64,000 bases of DNA from Candidatus Poribacteria bacterium (GCA_965214095.1 OZ243938.1:4928001-4992000); one strand, 5' to 3'. Shown: positions 10,061 to 20,840, counted from the first letter of the stretch. Notes: a model not told the origin generated them from the sequence alone. Program-made: numbers and translations.

Positions 10061-11245
10061 TCAAGGTCCTAATAGATGTGACTCCGATAAATATTTGGGT
10101 TCGATTGGGTATTCACGAGGCAGATATATTTCAATAGGGATACCAATTTGATCAAGATACTTACACATCAATGGTGCAACATCTTTCCAGTTTAATCCAC
10201 CCAAAGCACAACCCAATGCAGGCATGGCAAGAGATTCAATGCCTTCTTTTCTTGCGTTCTCTTGTACCCATTTTAATCCGTTTTCAATATCCTCAATACG
10301 TGAGTTTGTTCGCCAATGACGTTTCGTTGCAAAAAGTAAAAACCATTTTATAGGATTCTTTATGGGCACACGATGCGGCTTGAGATCAGTCAACTCATCT
10401 GCAACTGATTCCTCACGTTTATAAAGATAAGGACGTTCAGCAGTAATTCTCTTAGTACGGCATACTTTCTCATATTCAACATATACATCTGGATATTGTT
10501 CTTTAGCACGTAAGGCTAATCCTTTACCCATAACACCTTGAAGATTGACTGTGATTGTCAGAGTCTGCAACTCAGAAAAAAAGATGTCACCACCATCAAT
10601 AAGTCTAATATTATTGCCTCTTGTAATGCAATGTTTAGGCTGGAAGTACCTATTGGAATGATAATTAACTGGTAAGTTAACACTATCAGACATTATCTGG
10701 TTCATTAGGTTCATATTATCATCGGCAAGTATCACTGAGCGGATGTATTCAGGCTTTACACGTTCAGGAACTAAACATTCTGCCATGATTTTTCGTTTTG
10801 ATCCATCGCTTTTTCTCCACCAATCATTCTGAAGCACTTTAGCATGTTGTTGGATTTTTTTCAGTCCTTGAGAACAAGGATAGAACTGTGTGAAGTCTTC
10901 AGTTACATTGCCATCAGAAATGATGACACCAGGTTCACTAAGGACTGTGTTGGCAACTTCAAGAATAACTAATTTTTCTAATCCTGTTTCAATAATAGAG
11001 CGGTACAAGATTGGATTACGTGGTTGAAAGAAGAGACCGGCATAATTCAATAAGTTATTGTTATTCATCAGAGGCGCAATCTTAGACCTTTTGTCAATAT
11101 CGTTATATGAATGTTTTTTACCTTTGAATATCGGTATAAATTTACATCCTACATCTTTAATTCTATTATAGGATAAAATACCTCGTTTAATTATAGATTG
11201 CAAGTTATCTATATGCGTAATGTAGAAGAGACTATTGAATTTCAT
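10061..11245 (-). CDS. DarT (DUF4433) ADP-ribosyltransferase domain fused to a DarG-type macrodomain
   Basis: N-half YITHIDNL, FQPRNPILY, SDGN, AECLVP; C-half GDIF, TVNLQGVMGKGLA, FATKRHWR, PALGCALGGLNW. Confidence 0.85.
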   Translation of the reverse strand: MKFNSLFYITHIDNLQSIIKRGILSYNRIKDVGCKFIPIFKGKKHSYNDIDKRSKIAPLMNNNNLLNYAGLFFQPRNPILYRSIIETGLEKLVILEVANTVLSEPGVIISDGNVTEDFTQFYPCSQGLKKIQQHAKVLQNDWWRKSDGSKRKIMAECLVPERVKPEYIRSVILADDNMNLMNQIMSDSVNLPVNYHSNRYFQPKHCITRGNNIRLIDGGDIFFSELQTLTITVNLQGVMGKGLALRAKEQYPDVYVEYEKVCRTKRITAERPYLYKREESVADELTDLKPHRVPIKNPIKWFLLFATKRHWRTNSRIEDIENGLKWVQENARKEGIESLAMPALGCALGGLNWKDVAPLMCKYLDQIGIPIEIYLPREYPIEPKYLSESHLLGP

Positions 11246-11306
11246 GGTTCTACCTTTTGATCAATGTTATGATTTGGTAAGAATTGACAACATAAATGAA
11301 TTATAA

Positions 11307-11942
11307 TTACTGTTTCTGGAATGAAGGTGTAAAGATGTCATTATCTTCTTCAGTTGCAACAACTCTCTTACTTAAATCCAACGGGGTTAATCGGACACTT
11401 AGTAAGTTTTCTACACTGTTGTCAGCAACTATGAATCTTTTAATATACTTGGGTTCAACATTACTAGGAACTAAGCATTCAGCCATCAATTGACGTCTAA
11501 ATTTTCTTGAGTGATCCCATGAAATCCATGAGGATGATTGAAGAATATCTCGTTGTGCATCAATTTTCTTCATTCCCTCTGACTGCGGATAAATCCTAGT
11601 ATGACTACTTGAGGCAATACCATCCGTAATGAATATCCCTTGTCTATCCTCCATTATAGATTTTGATATCCCTAATACTGATATATTTTGTTTGCCTATA
11701 GATTTAAGAATTCTGTATAACATCGGATTACGAGGTTGAAGAAATAGATTAGTATAGTGCCATAGATTTTTCTCATCAGAGGTGTATCTTTCCTTACGAT
11801 CGTTGACAAGGTCCAGGTCATAGATTGAAGTGTAATTAATATTCTCAGTTACAATTCTTTCGTGTGAAAGAATTCCATTGACGAAAATGGATGGTAAGTT
11901 GTCAATATGTGTAATGTAATACAAACCCTTTATGTTCAGCAT
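11307..11942 (-). CDS. darT: DarT-family ssDNA ADP-ribosyltransferase (DUF4433)
   Basis: YYITHIDNLPSI, GILSH, LQPRNPMLY, ITDG, MAECLVP (putative catalytic Glu). Confidence 0.83.
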   Translation of the reverse strand: MLNIKGLYYITHIDNLPSIFVNGILSHERIVTENINYTSIYDLDLVNDRKERYTSDEKNLWHYTNLFLQPRNPMLYRILKSIGKQNISVLGISKSIMEDRQGIFITDGIASSSHTRIYPQSEGMKKIDAQRDILQSSSWISWDHSRKFRRQLMAECLVPSNVEPKYIKRFIVADNSVENLLSVRLTPLDLSKRVVATEEDNDIFTPSFQKQ

Positions 11943-12152
11943 AGTCTTGCACAAGAATAATTCTGTTCACAAAAGTGAAAATAAACGGGTAAATTTCACC
12001 ACAATAAATTCAATTGACGAGTAATAAGCAAGCATTCTGAATATGCATTGATTAAATCCTATTTTCGAAAAAATTCTATTCCAGAATAAAGTCAAAGTTA
12101 TCGATATATAATGCTATGGAAGATCATGAGAATGTTTCATACATCTATATAA

Positions 12153-13241
12153 TCAAAGCAACACTTCATAAATCTGAGCGAACCCATATCTATCCGAAGT
12201 GAACACAACATGTTTCCCATCAGGACTGAAAGATGGATGCGGATGCGTGTGTTGCGGTGCATAAACTTGAATCGGTCCATCACTGTATGGAAAAGGTCCA
12301 TCCCAATGTTCACCTAACGATGATGCATTCGGATAACACAACGTTTTCGGTTCCCCGATTCCATCTCGCGGGTCAAATATTTGAATGCCTATGTCAGGGA
12401 AATTTGTATCAGCCACCATTAATGTGCCGTCAGTGTTACATATTGCATGCCATGCATTGAATGATGTAATTTGCCGTACTTTTTCGGTGTCAACATTGAC
12501 ACACCGGACACCGCGTTGCCAATCCACGAATGCTAACTCACGTGTACGAGGTATCCAAGTTTCGTGTGTTATCCATTCGTTTCTTTCAGCATTCCTTGCA
12601 TAGAGCCTACGATTTCCTGTGCCATCACGATGAATTACCCAAACCCTGTCAGTTAGCGGACCTGCGTAATAGAGTAAGTTTGAATCATCCGGACAAAATT
12701 GTAGGTGTGCAATACTATCCCTACGTAAAATAATGTCATGATCACCTGTCTCTGTATTGACAATAGCAAGTGCAGACTCTTCTCCCAGACTATAGCGAAC
12801 TGCCCACCATTTGTCATCGTGGCTAAGTGCGGTTGTTCCCATCGCTGCAGCAACCATACCACTATCACGCATTTCAGTCGCTGAGAAGTTAACCAACTCC
12901 CGTTCCTCCAACGTTTCCAAGTCAAGCCGCCATCCACTTGTTCCTGCTGTGAAAAACACGGCAGTACCATCGTGTGATGGATGAACTGACCACTCACTAA
13001 ATTCCGGTCTGTCAGTGAGCTGTCGGAGTTGACCTGAACTACGTTCTTCAGCAAAAATCTGCGGTGTTCCTGTCCTATACGACACAAATATTAACCGCTG
13101 CATCGCATCGTCGTACGCAGGAATGATAAAAAACGGATGATGGTGATGTGCTGAAGCAGTCGTTACCTGACGAATGTATGTTCCTGTACGTCTATCGTAA
13201 AATGACCTCGATTCAGCAGAATAAACAGTACCTTTTCCCAT
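12153..13241 (-). CDS. Oligogalacturonate lyase family beta-propeller protein
   Basis: HLQFCP, RVW, THETW, WHA, HPHPSFSPDGKHVVFTSD. Confidence 0.75.
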   Translation of the reverse strand: MGKGTVYSAESRSFYDRRTGTYIRQVTTASAHHHHPFFIIPAYDDAMQRLIFVSYRTGTPQIFAEERSSGQLRQLTDRPEFSEWSVHPSHDGTAVFFTAGTSGWRLDLETLEERELVNFSATEMRDSGMVAAAMGTTALSHDDKWWAVRYSLGEESALAIVNTETGDHDIILRRDSIAHLQFCPDDSNLLYYAGPLTDRVWVIHRDGTGNRRLYARNAERNEWITHETWIPRTRELAFVDWQRGVRCVNVDTEKVRQITSFNAWHAICNTDGTLMVADTNFPDIGIQIFDPRDGIGEPKTLCYPNASSLGEHWDGPFPYSDGPIQVYAPQHTHPHPSFSPDGKHVVFTSDRYGFAQIYEVLL

Positions 13242-13251
13242 CTATTTTTCA

Positions 13252-14250
13252 CTATTCTTCAAATGCAGAATCAAATGCAACCTCAGACGGTTCAAAATCA
13301 TACCCTTTGACTTTGCTACAAGCCTCACTGGCTCCGTGTTCTCTATCCATACCACTGTCTTCCCATTCAATTGAAAGTGGACCGTTATAGCCAATATTGT
13401 TGAGTGCTCGGATAATCTCTTCAAAATTGATATTACCGCGTCCAATTGAACGGAAATCCCAGAAACGTTTTGAATCGCCAAAATTCAAATGTCCACCGAA
13501 CACACCAGACAATCGTGGTGTCTCTGCCCACCAAACATCCTTCATGTGAACGTGATATATCCGATCAGCCAAACGTTCAATGAATGCAACATAATCAACG
13601 CCTTGGTACCCAAGGTGACTGGGGTCATAGTTAAAGCCAAATGTTTCTCTACCATCAAGTGCTTCAATCGCACGTTCAGCAGTAACGATGTCAAATGCAA
13701 TTTCAGTCGGATGAACTTCAAGACCGAACTTAACACCTACCTCATCAAACACATCAAATATAGGATTCCATTTGTCTGCGAAATCTTTAAATCCAGCATC
13801 AATTTGGGATGCGTCTACAGGTGGGAACGAATAGAGTAGATGCCAGATGGAACTGCCTGTAAATCCGTTGACGACATCAACACCAAGTTTTGCGGCGGCA
13901 CGTGCAGTGTTTTTCATCTCTTCGGCAGCCCGTTCTTGAACGCCAGCAGGATCTCCATCACCCCATATTGATTCTGATAGAATTGTTTGGTGTCGGTCGT
14001 CAATATTGTCACATACTGCTTGGCCAACGAGGTGATTACTAATCGACCAAACTTTCAATCCATATTTTGCAAGTAGGTCATGTCTTCCTTGACAATAACT
14101 ATCGTCAGAAAGTGCTTTATCCGTTTCAAAATGGTCTCCCCAACAAGCGAGTTCTAATCCATCATACCCCCACTCACTCGCTTTTTTGGCTATATCTTCA
14201 AGTGTTAGGTCTGCCCATTGTCCTGTAAATAGAGTAACAGGTCTTGCCAT
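13252..14250 (-). CDS. Sugar phosphate isomerase/epimerase (AP_endonuc_2 TIM barrel)
   Basis: [39 protein letters not shown]. Confidence 0.88.
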   Translation of the reverse strand: MARPVTLFTGQWADLTLEDIAKKASEWGYDGLELACWGDHFETDKALSDDSYCQGRHDLLAKYGLKVWSISNHLVGQAVCDNIDDRHQTILSESIWGDGDPAGVQERAAEEMKNTARAAAKLGVDVVNGFTGSSIWHLLYSFPPVDASQIDAGFKDFADKWNPIFDVFDEVGVKFGLEVHPTEIAFDIVTAERAIEALDGRETFGFNYDPSHLGYQGVDYVAFIERLADRIYHVHMKDVWWAETPRLSGVFGGHLNFGDSKRFWDFRSIGRGNINFEEIIRALNNIGYNGPLSIEWEDSGMDREHGASEACSKVKGYDFEPSEVAFDSAFEE

Positions 14251-14310
14251 ATTTTTTCTCCTTTATTCATAATTTTGTCCAAGTCATCTGTCTCAATTGT
14301 TTCTATTCTT

Positions 14311-15483
14311 TTATGCTGGCGGTGTATAACTTGCATCCACCCAACCGCGTTGCTTTCCACTTTCAACGGCTGTATTTATGAAATGAACACCACGTGCACC
14401 ATCTTGTACAGTGGGAAAATCGGTGTCAAACTCATCAGGAGATTCACCAGCAATTTTCGCTGCCATTGTCCGTGATGCATTCACATAGATATTCGCGAAC
14501 GCTTCAATAAATGCCTCAGGATGTCCAAAGGGTATTCGTGAATTGTGTTGCGCAATCTCCGCAAGATAATCATTACCGCGTTTATAAACCTGTTCCGGTT
14601 CATCAGGGAAACGCACAGATAGATAATTCGGATTTTCTTGATGCCATTCAAGCGATGCATCAGTTCCATATACACGGATTCGTAGGTTATTCTCTTCTCC
14701 AACAGAGATTTGTGATGCATACAGAACGCCGCGCACTCCGTTCTCATAGTGAACTAAAAGATTCCCATCATCCTCTAACAAGCGTCCTTCAACAAAGGTG
14801 GTCATATCCGCACACACTTCTTCCATTTCAAGTCCTGTGATATAATGTGCGAGGTTTTCTGCGTGAGAACCGATGTCACCTATACACGAGGATGCCCCTG
14901 CCTGTTTCGGGTCTGTCCGCCAGACAGCTTGCTTCGCTCCCTCATCTTCCAAGAATGTTGCCAGCCATCCTTGAGGATATTCCACGACAATTTTTCGTAT
15001 AGTTCCCAGTTTACCATCCTTCACAAGTTCACGCGCTTGTTTCACCATCGGGTAACCGGTATAATTGTGTGTCAGGGCAAAAATTACATCATTTGATTTT
15101 ACAAGATGACATAATGCTTCTGCATCTTCCACCGTCGTTGTCATCGGTTTATCGCAAACTACGTGGAATCCAGCTTCAATAAAGGTTTTTGCTACATCAA
15201 AATGAACGTGATTCGGGGTGACGATTGATACAAAGTCAATTCGTTCACCTTCTGGAAGTTGACTCTCTTTTTCAGCCATCTCCTTATAAGAACCGTAAAC
15301 TCGGTTATCATCAAGAAAGAGTTCTGTTCCTTGTTGCTTTGATTTTTCCGGTGATGATGAAAACGCGCCTGCTACCAGATCAATTTCTCCATCAAGTGCA
15401 GCAGCTTTCCGATGCACCGCTCCAATGAATGCATCAGGTCCACCGCCTACCATTCCATAACGTATCTTCCTACCAAGTGGCAT
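14311..15483 (-). CDS. Gfo/Idh/MocA family oxidoreductase
   Basis: GMVGGGPDAFIGAVHR, IVTPNHVH, CDKP, GDIGSHA, GHPEAFIEAFAN. Confidence 0.92.
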   Translation of the reverse strand: MPLGRKIRYGMVGGGPDAFIGAVHRKAAALDGEIDLVAGAFSSSPEKSKQQGTELFLDDNRVYGSYKEMAEKESQLPEGERIDFVSIVTPNHVHFDVAKTFIEAGFHVVCDKPMTTTVEDAEALCHLVKSNDVIFALTHNYTGYPMVKQARELVKDGKLGTIRKIVVEYPQGWLATFLEDEGAKQAVWRTDPKQAGASSCIGDIGSHAENLAHYITGLEMEEVCADMTTFVEGRLLEDDGNLLVHYENGVRGVLYASQISVGEENNLRIRVYGTDASLEWHQENPNYLSVRFPDEPEQVYKRGNDYLAEIAQHNSRIPFGHPEAFIEAFANIYVNASRTMAAKIAGESPDEFDTDFPTVQDGARGVHFINTAVESGKQRGWVDASYTPPA

Positions 15484-15723
15484 ATTATATATCCATTCCT
15501 TATTCGTTGTGTAAAAGTTCAACACATGAGATTTTTTCTAATTGTATACTATCATTGTGCCATATTTTTTCATTAATTTCAAGGTGTTTTTGCAAAGAAC
15601 AGGGTTATTTAGTTGAAGGTTTTCTTCTATTTTCTTTCACAAATGCAAAGTGCCCTAAGACGGTAGATGCAGTTTCCTAACCTCACCATCTATCTTTTGA
15701 ATAGCACCTTGAAACATCAAACT

Positions 15724-15790
15724 CTAATCCTGAAAATCTACTAATCCTGAAAATCCTGGTTCAGACAAGAATCCGCGCTTCAGACACAAG
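15724..15790. repeat. Short tandem CTAATCCTGAAAATC repeats
   Basis: Two direct copies followed by TTCAGACA twice; a degenerate GTAG hairpin lies at 15663. Confidence 0.5.
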
Positions 15791-15795
15791 AAATG

Positions 15796-16707
15796 CTACT
15801 CAATACTATTACTCACATATAACTGTCCATCTCTATTCACAACAGTAAGATGTAGTTCATTCGTCTCACGACTCCGTGAAAACGACAATTTCCAGATAAA
15901 ACCATCAGGCGCATCAATCCGAGACATGAGTCCCCTTTTGCCAACGTTCCATAAGCGGATTATTGGATCCCTGCCACCACTTGCAAGAATCTTACCATCA
16001 TCGGAGAAGGCTAATGCATTTACAGAATCTGAATGTGCACCGAAGGTTGAAAGAAGGTGTTCACTCTCAAGTTCCCACAACCGAACGGCAGAATCTGAAC
16101 CACCACTCGCAAGTAGACTATCATCAGGCGAAAACATGACTGATAAGACTAAGCCATCGTGTGCAGATATAGAGGATAATTGCCTGCCTGATTCCAATTC
16201 CCATATACGTATCTTACCATCTGAACCACCACTGACAACAGTTTTGCTATCAGATGAGAAAGTTAATGTTCTAATATTAGACGGATCTGCAGTAGAACTA
16301 CTCAACATGCGGACTGCTTCTTCATTCCAAGCAGTCAGTGGAACCCCATCTGGAGAAGATGCCAATGCTTTCACTAAACTCGATGTTTCACCCGCAAGAG
16401 TCGCAATTTCATTAGAGGTGTTTGTATCCCACAGACGTAAAGTGCTATCCTCACTTGCACTGACAAGTGTCCGATTATCTGGGGCAAAAGCAACCGCACG
16501 GATACGGTCTGTGTGTCCTGACAAAACTGCTGACTGTTCACTGTCTTCTAAATTATAAACCCATATCCGTTCGCTACCACCAGCAGCAAGATAGCAGCCA
16601 TCTGGTGAAAACGATAGATCTGTGATCTCTTTATTGCTCAATCTTTCTCGTAAACTCTGTGGTAGTTCTATCTGGTTATTTATGTTGAACACAGCAGTCT
16701 TCTCCAA
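15796..16707 (-). CDS. WD40 repeat protein
   Basis: Repeated GH/AH...FSPD...SGG.D..R.W(D/E) units. Confidence 0.88.
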   Translation of the reverse strand: MEKTAVFNINNQIELPQSLRERLSNKEITDLSFSPDGCYLAAGGSERIWVYNLEDSEQSAVLSGHTDRIRAVAFAPDNRTLVSASEDSTLRLWDTNTSNEIATLAGETSSLVKALASSPDGVPLTAWNEEAVRMLSSSTADPSNIRTLTFSSDSKTVVSGGSDGKIRIWELESGRQLSSISAHDGLVLSVMFSPDDSLLASGGSDSAVRLWELESEHLLSTFGAHSDSVNALAFSDDGKILASGGRDPIIRLWNVGKRGLMSRIDAPDGFIWKLSFSRSRETNELHLTVVNRDGQLYVSNSIE

Positions 16708-17008
16708 TTGATTATCTTAATTTGGACAAAATAATGAACCCTATGTAAGTTTATCAGAAATAAGTTCAGATTTCAATTCTAATTCTATGACAAGATGTGA
16801 AAAGTTTCTTTCTTCATTAAAACAATGAACCCACATTTTGGCATTAAATTGAGCTAAAATCACAAATGAGATTTGACTTGAAAATACACCTATGAATCAA
16901 ACATAATTCTATCAGTATAAGAGAAATATGATACAACACATCCAAATGTAAATATATTTGAATTTGGCAAAATAATATGTTAAAATTCAAAATCAACAGG
17001 AGGGAAAT

Positions 17009-17773
17009 ATGAAAGTAGGTATAAGAGACGGGATGCTACCAGTCCCATTTGAAGAATCATTCAAAAAAGCAAAAGAAATCGGATTTGATGGAATCGAATT
17101 GTGTATGGGTGTGAAATATAGAGACCATACCCTTTGGCAAGATGAAGGTATAGATAAAGTAAATAAACTCGCTGAGGATGCAAACATTGAAGTATCATCA
17201 CTTTCACCAGGTGGTTTTACTGCATTTTCTTTTATGCACCCCACTGACAGTGTCCGCACAGAAGGTATTGCAAAGTTGCAGTTCCTTGCAGAAACAGCAC
17301 CACAATTAGGCACGAATGTCATTCTCGTACCATTTTTCGGCGGTGGTCAAATTAAGGATGAACATATCAACGCACCAAGGTTCATTGATGGGTTTAAGGC
17401 TGCTGCTGAAACGGCAGAAAAACATAATGTGTACCTTGCAATCGAATCAACATTAAGTGCTGAACAACATCAACAAATTATTGACCAAGTCGGTTCAAGT
17501 TATGTTGGTGTCTATTATGACATGGGTAATGCAACCAACACCGGATATGACTCCCCTTCGGAAATACGAAGTTTAGGCAGTGCCATCGTCCAAATGCATA
17601 TAAAAGATACGGGTGGTAATCACGCAGGTGAAGGATCAGTAGATTTCAACGCTGTTTTTGAAGCTGCACACGCAATCGAATACGACAGTTGGTTCGTACT
17701 GGAAACCCCCGGCAAAGACGACCCTATTGCATCCGCTGCCAAAAACATGAACTTTGTTAGAGACAACTTCTAA
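17009..17773 (+). CDS. Sugar phosphate isomerase/epimerase (hexulose-phosphate epimerase-like)
   Basis: GFDGIEL, LAIE, YYDMGN, HIKD, LGEG-like motif, FVLE. Confidence 0.85.
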   Translation: MKVGIRDGMLPVPFEESFKKAKEIGFDGIELCMGVKYRDHTLWQDEGIDKVNKLAEDANIEVSSLSPGGFTAFSFMHPTDSVRTEGIAKLQFLAETAPQLGTNVILVPFFGGGQIKDEHINAPRFIDGFKAAAETAEKHNVYLAIESTLSAEQHQQIIDQVGSSYVGVYYDMGNATNTGYDSPSEIRSLGSAIVQMHIKDTGGNHAGEGSVDFNAVFEAAHAIEYDSWFVLETPGKDDPIASAAKNMNFVRDNF

Positions 17774-17790
17774 AACCCTTAAATGTGCAT

Positions 17791-17815
17791 GTAGGACGAA
17801 CACTATTCGTCCTAC
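17791..17815 (+). repeat. GTAG hairpin (REP-like or terminator)
   Basis: GTAGGACGAA-CACTA-TTCGTCCTAC perfect stem after the 17773 stop. Confidence 0.55.
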
Positions 17816-17907
17816 TAAAACACATATTGACAATCAAATATACATTCCAAAATAATACATTGATTAGATAATATACGATATCTCAAATTGCCTATCTGGA
17901 GGATTGT

Positions 17908-18720
17908 ATGAGCAGTCGGAAATTAGTAATTCCGCAATCTGAAGCCAAGAAACTACTATCACTCCCAACCCGTCAAGCTGAACAACTTTTTCAAAGTTAC
18001 GATAAAGAACAACAACTGGAAATAATACGATCCATTCGCAACCCAAAACAACGAGAAGAACTATACTATCTTGTCCCAGATTGCACAGAACTTATTCAGG
18101 ACAGTCCAACAGAAGATGTGTTACAAGTGTTAGATACACTTCTTGGAACAGGTCTCGCTTGTGGTTTGATACCATGTCTATCAAACGAACAATTTGAAGA
18201 AATCATGGATATAGCTGTATGGCGTGATGGAAAATTGGACGAACGATCACTAAGTCTATGGTTGTTTGAACTGTCTGAATGTGAACGGGATGACCTGAGT
18301 CGATTCCTACATCAAATTGACTTGCGTTTCCTTGCTGAACTACTCAAGAACCGTGTAAAACTAAAAGGTGCTCTCAGTGCAATGATGATTGAAGAAGGTA
18401 TTATTGACCCAAGTTCGCCATCTATTGAATGTAAAGATGATCAAGCAAGAGCAATCCTTAACGCAATCTGGGAAGCGGATAATGACCTATTCATACTACT
18501 ATTACGTGAGATGTTCGCTATTGACAAAGAAACAGAAGCAGAAAAAGATATAGTCAGAGCATTAGAAAAGGCAAAAGCTGAAAGAACTGAACGAGTCGCA
18601 GAACGGGATCGTAAAGCTGGAATCAATATCACCGAATCTGATTTACAGAAAAAAGTCGATCTGGATTCACTCATACTTGCTGAGAACGATGAGGAAGATG
18701 AGAAAGATGAGCACAAGTAA
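17908..18720 (+). CDS. Hypothetical protein resembling the N-terminal half of DUF6178 proteins
   Basis: EQFEEIMDIAVWRDGKLD...WL pattern; acidic tail; GGAGG RBS. Confidence 0.5.
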   Translation: MSSRKLVIPQSEAKKLLSLPTRQAEQLFQSYDKEQQLEIIRSIRNPKQREELYYLVPDCTELIQDSPTEDVLQVLDTLLGTGLACGLIPCLSNEQFEEIMDIAVWRDGKLDERSLSLWLFELSECERDDLSRFLHQIDLRFLAELLKNRVKLKGALSAMMIEEGIIDPSSPSIECKDDQARAILNAIWEADNDLFILLLREMFAIDKETEAEKDIVRALEKAKAERTERVAERDRKAGINITESDLQKKVDLDSLILAENDEEDEKDEHK

Positions 18721-19672
18721 ATTCTCTCTTGTTGCAGATGCAACCATTGATGCCAAGTCCTTTCTCGCAAGAACAATGGTGCACGGCGATAGTCTCGGTA
18801 GAATTGACAATCAAAAATCAGAAACACTATCCGAAGACATTGCTGCACTGGCACACAAACTCATAACCATGAAGGTTGATGACCTATCAGACACATCCAA
18901 ACTTCGCACACAGATTCAAACTTCCTTCGCATTAACTAGCCTCGGTTTAGAATATGGCAGCAAAGGAAACTTAGACAAAGCAGTGAACGTGCTACTCGCA
19001 AATCCTATCGTCAAGTTCTTTCAAATCGGGAATACACTTACGGATAAGTTAATTGAGAAATCCAGGCACCTACTTGAAAATGCATTGATTCAGTCTCCCG
19101 AAGAACTTGAACATCTGGATATTGATAGCATCCGAATCTACAACTTCGCAGAAGCAGAATTCCTTAATGCAGTACACTCTTATTCAACTACTATTTCATC
19201 AGCACAAATCACAATTAAAGAATCACATGAACCAAGATCCTTCAATACATTATCTGATTTAGAGAAAATCAGACAACAACTTGACTACATTGAAGCACGA
19301 TGGACCTATGTGCAAACGTTATCTCATGACGAGATATTCGCTGTTGACCCGCCATTCAGTATTGAAATTGACCCTATACAAAAGTTAACGCTCAATTTAA
19401 TGGCAAATCTGACGCTGTTTTTCCAACCCGAATTTCAGATTGAATCTGACACACTTCAAGATTTTAAAGACATCATATATGATGACAATATTGAAGAAAT
19501 CCGAACGGCACCAAGACAACGATTGCTTGATTGGATACAAGACTATCTCGAACAGTCCAACCGATCTGACAATGAAATAAGGTACGCTGTTAATTATTGG
19601 GACACTTGCCTAAAAACACTGATTAATCCTGAATCCGATATTAATGAAGGGGTTTCTAACCCCGATTTCTGA
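18707..19672 (+). CDS. Hypothetical protein resembling the C-terminal half of DUF6178 proteins
   Basis: LAHKLI, SLGLE, FFQIG pattern; overlaps the upstream stop by 14 nt. Confidence 0.5.
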   Translation: MSTSKFSLVADATIDAKSFLARTMVHGDSLGRIDNQKSETLSEDIAALAHKLITMKVDDLSDTSKLRTQIQTSFALTSLGLEYGSKGNLDKAVNVLLANPIVKFFQIGNTLTDKLIEKSRHLLENALIQSPEELEHLDIDSIRIYNFAEAEFLNAVHSYSTTISSAQITIKESHEPRSFNTLSDLEKIRQQLDYIEARWTYVQTLSHDEIFAVDPPFSIEIDPIQKLTLNLMANLTLFFQPEFQIESDTLQDFKDIIYDDNIEEIRTAPRQRLLDWIQDYLEQSNRSDNEIRYAVNYWDTCLKTLINPESDINEGVSNPDF

Positions 19673-19747
19673 CGCACAAAACTAATATCGGGTTGCAAAC
19701 CCTACAAAAAGCGTAAATCACAACATTTAAAGTCGCTACACAATCAC

Positions 19748-19777
19748 TTGACATTACACTACACAATTATATATAAT
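19748..19777 (+). promoter_or_regulatory. Sigma70-type promoter, probably driving a leaderless transcript
   Basis: TTGACA-N18-TATAAT with ATG at 19784 and no Shine-Dalgarno sequence. Confidence 0.55.
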
Positions 19778-19783
19778 TCCAAT

Positions 19784-20743
19784 ATGGCACAAAATTACGA
19801 TAACATGGCAAAATCAATATTATCAGATTTTGCAACCGAGATCTCACAGTTTGTACTAAGTAATGATGATGTTGAAGTAGTAGAAAATTTAGATACTGAA
19901 CATCAATTCATTATAGGACAACGGACAGATAGCACAAAACGCATCCGCATTAACAACCGCGAAGTCATACTGCACATTGAACTACAACTTCGCGATAGTA
20001 CACCTGAACCTATGTGGGCACGAAATGCAGCATATCATGGATTTCTTTTCAGTAAATATAAAATACCTGTCTATTCCAACGTCATCTATTTTTATCCCAC
20101 TGCGGGACGGAATGATCCTGGATTTTGCCAATATAGTTCAGATGGCTACGAATACACATTACGATACAAAGTGATACGACTGATTGAAATAGATGGACAA
20201 AAAGTATTGGAGATGCAAAACCCTGGTCTGTTGCCGTTCACACCACTAATGAAACCCCCTGCGGGAATGGAAATAGATCAGTGGGTACAAGAATGTGTCG
20301 ATGCTGTATCTTCTGCATCGGTTGATCAGCACACACAAGCAGATTTGTTCTGTGCATTATCTCTGTTCGGTGGTATCGTCCATGACGCATTACTTTTTAG
20401 ACAAAGAATAAGGAAGGCATTCATGCAAGAATCAAAATTCTATCAATTGCTACGCGACGAATTCATAGCTGAAGGTAAGACACAAGGTCTTGAACAAGGT
20501 CTTGAACAAGGTCTTGAACAAGGTCTTGAACAAGGTAAGAGAGATACGTTACTAAATAATATTCTTACCATCCTTAAGTCTAACTTCCCGACGGATGCTG
20601 TCAATGAACTAATTCCAATGCTACATCGTATTACTGATTTACAGCAACTTGAACAGTTCTTTAATGCCGCTTTACAGGTTCAAAGTCTTGATGCATTCAA
20701 ATTAATGCTTGTTGAACAGATTGATCAGACTGAATCATACTGA
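19784..20743 (+). CDS. Rpn family recombination-promoting nuclease / putative transposase
   Basis: YDNMAKSI, RTD, LHIELQ, LLPFTPLM, MQESKFYQ, GLEQ repeats. Confidence 0.82.
   Translation: MAQNYDNMAKSILSDFATEISQFVLSNDDVEVVENLDTEHQFIIGQRTDSTKRIRINNREVILHIELQLRDSTPEPMWARNAAYHGFLFSKYKIPVYSNVIYFYPTAGRNDPGFCQYSSDGYEYTLRYKVIRLIEIDGQKVLEMQNPGLLPFTPLMKPPAGMEIDQWVQECVDAVSSASVDQHTQADLFCALSLFGGIVHDALLFRQRIRKAFMQESKFYQLLRDEFIAEGKTQGLEQGLEQGLEQGLEQGKRDTLLNNILTILKSNFPTDAVNELIPMLHRITDLQQLEQFFNAALQVQSLDAFKLMLVEQIDQTESY
20482..20536 (+). repeat. 12-bp coding tandem repeat (ACAAGGTCTTGA, about 4.5 copies; encodes GLEQ)
   Basis: Read directly from the sequence. Confidence 0.9.
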
Positions 20744-20840
20744 CGTTTCAAGTGTAGTTTCTTATGTTGGTTCCACCTATTATATTCAAATTATATTCAA
20801 AACTAAAAAGGACTCTTTAATGATAGGGGCAATATACTGT

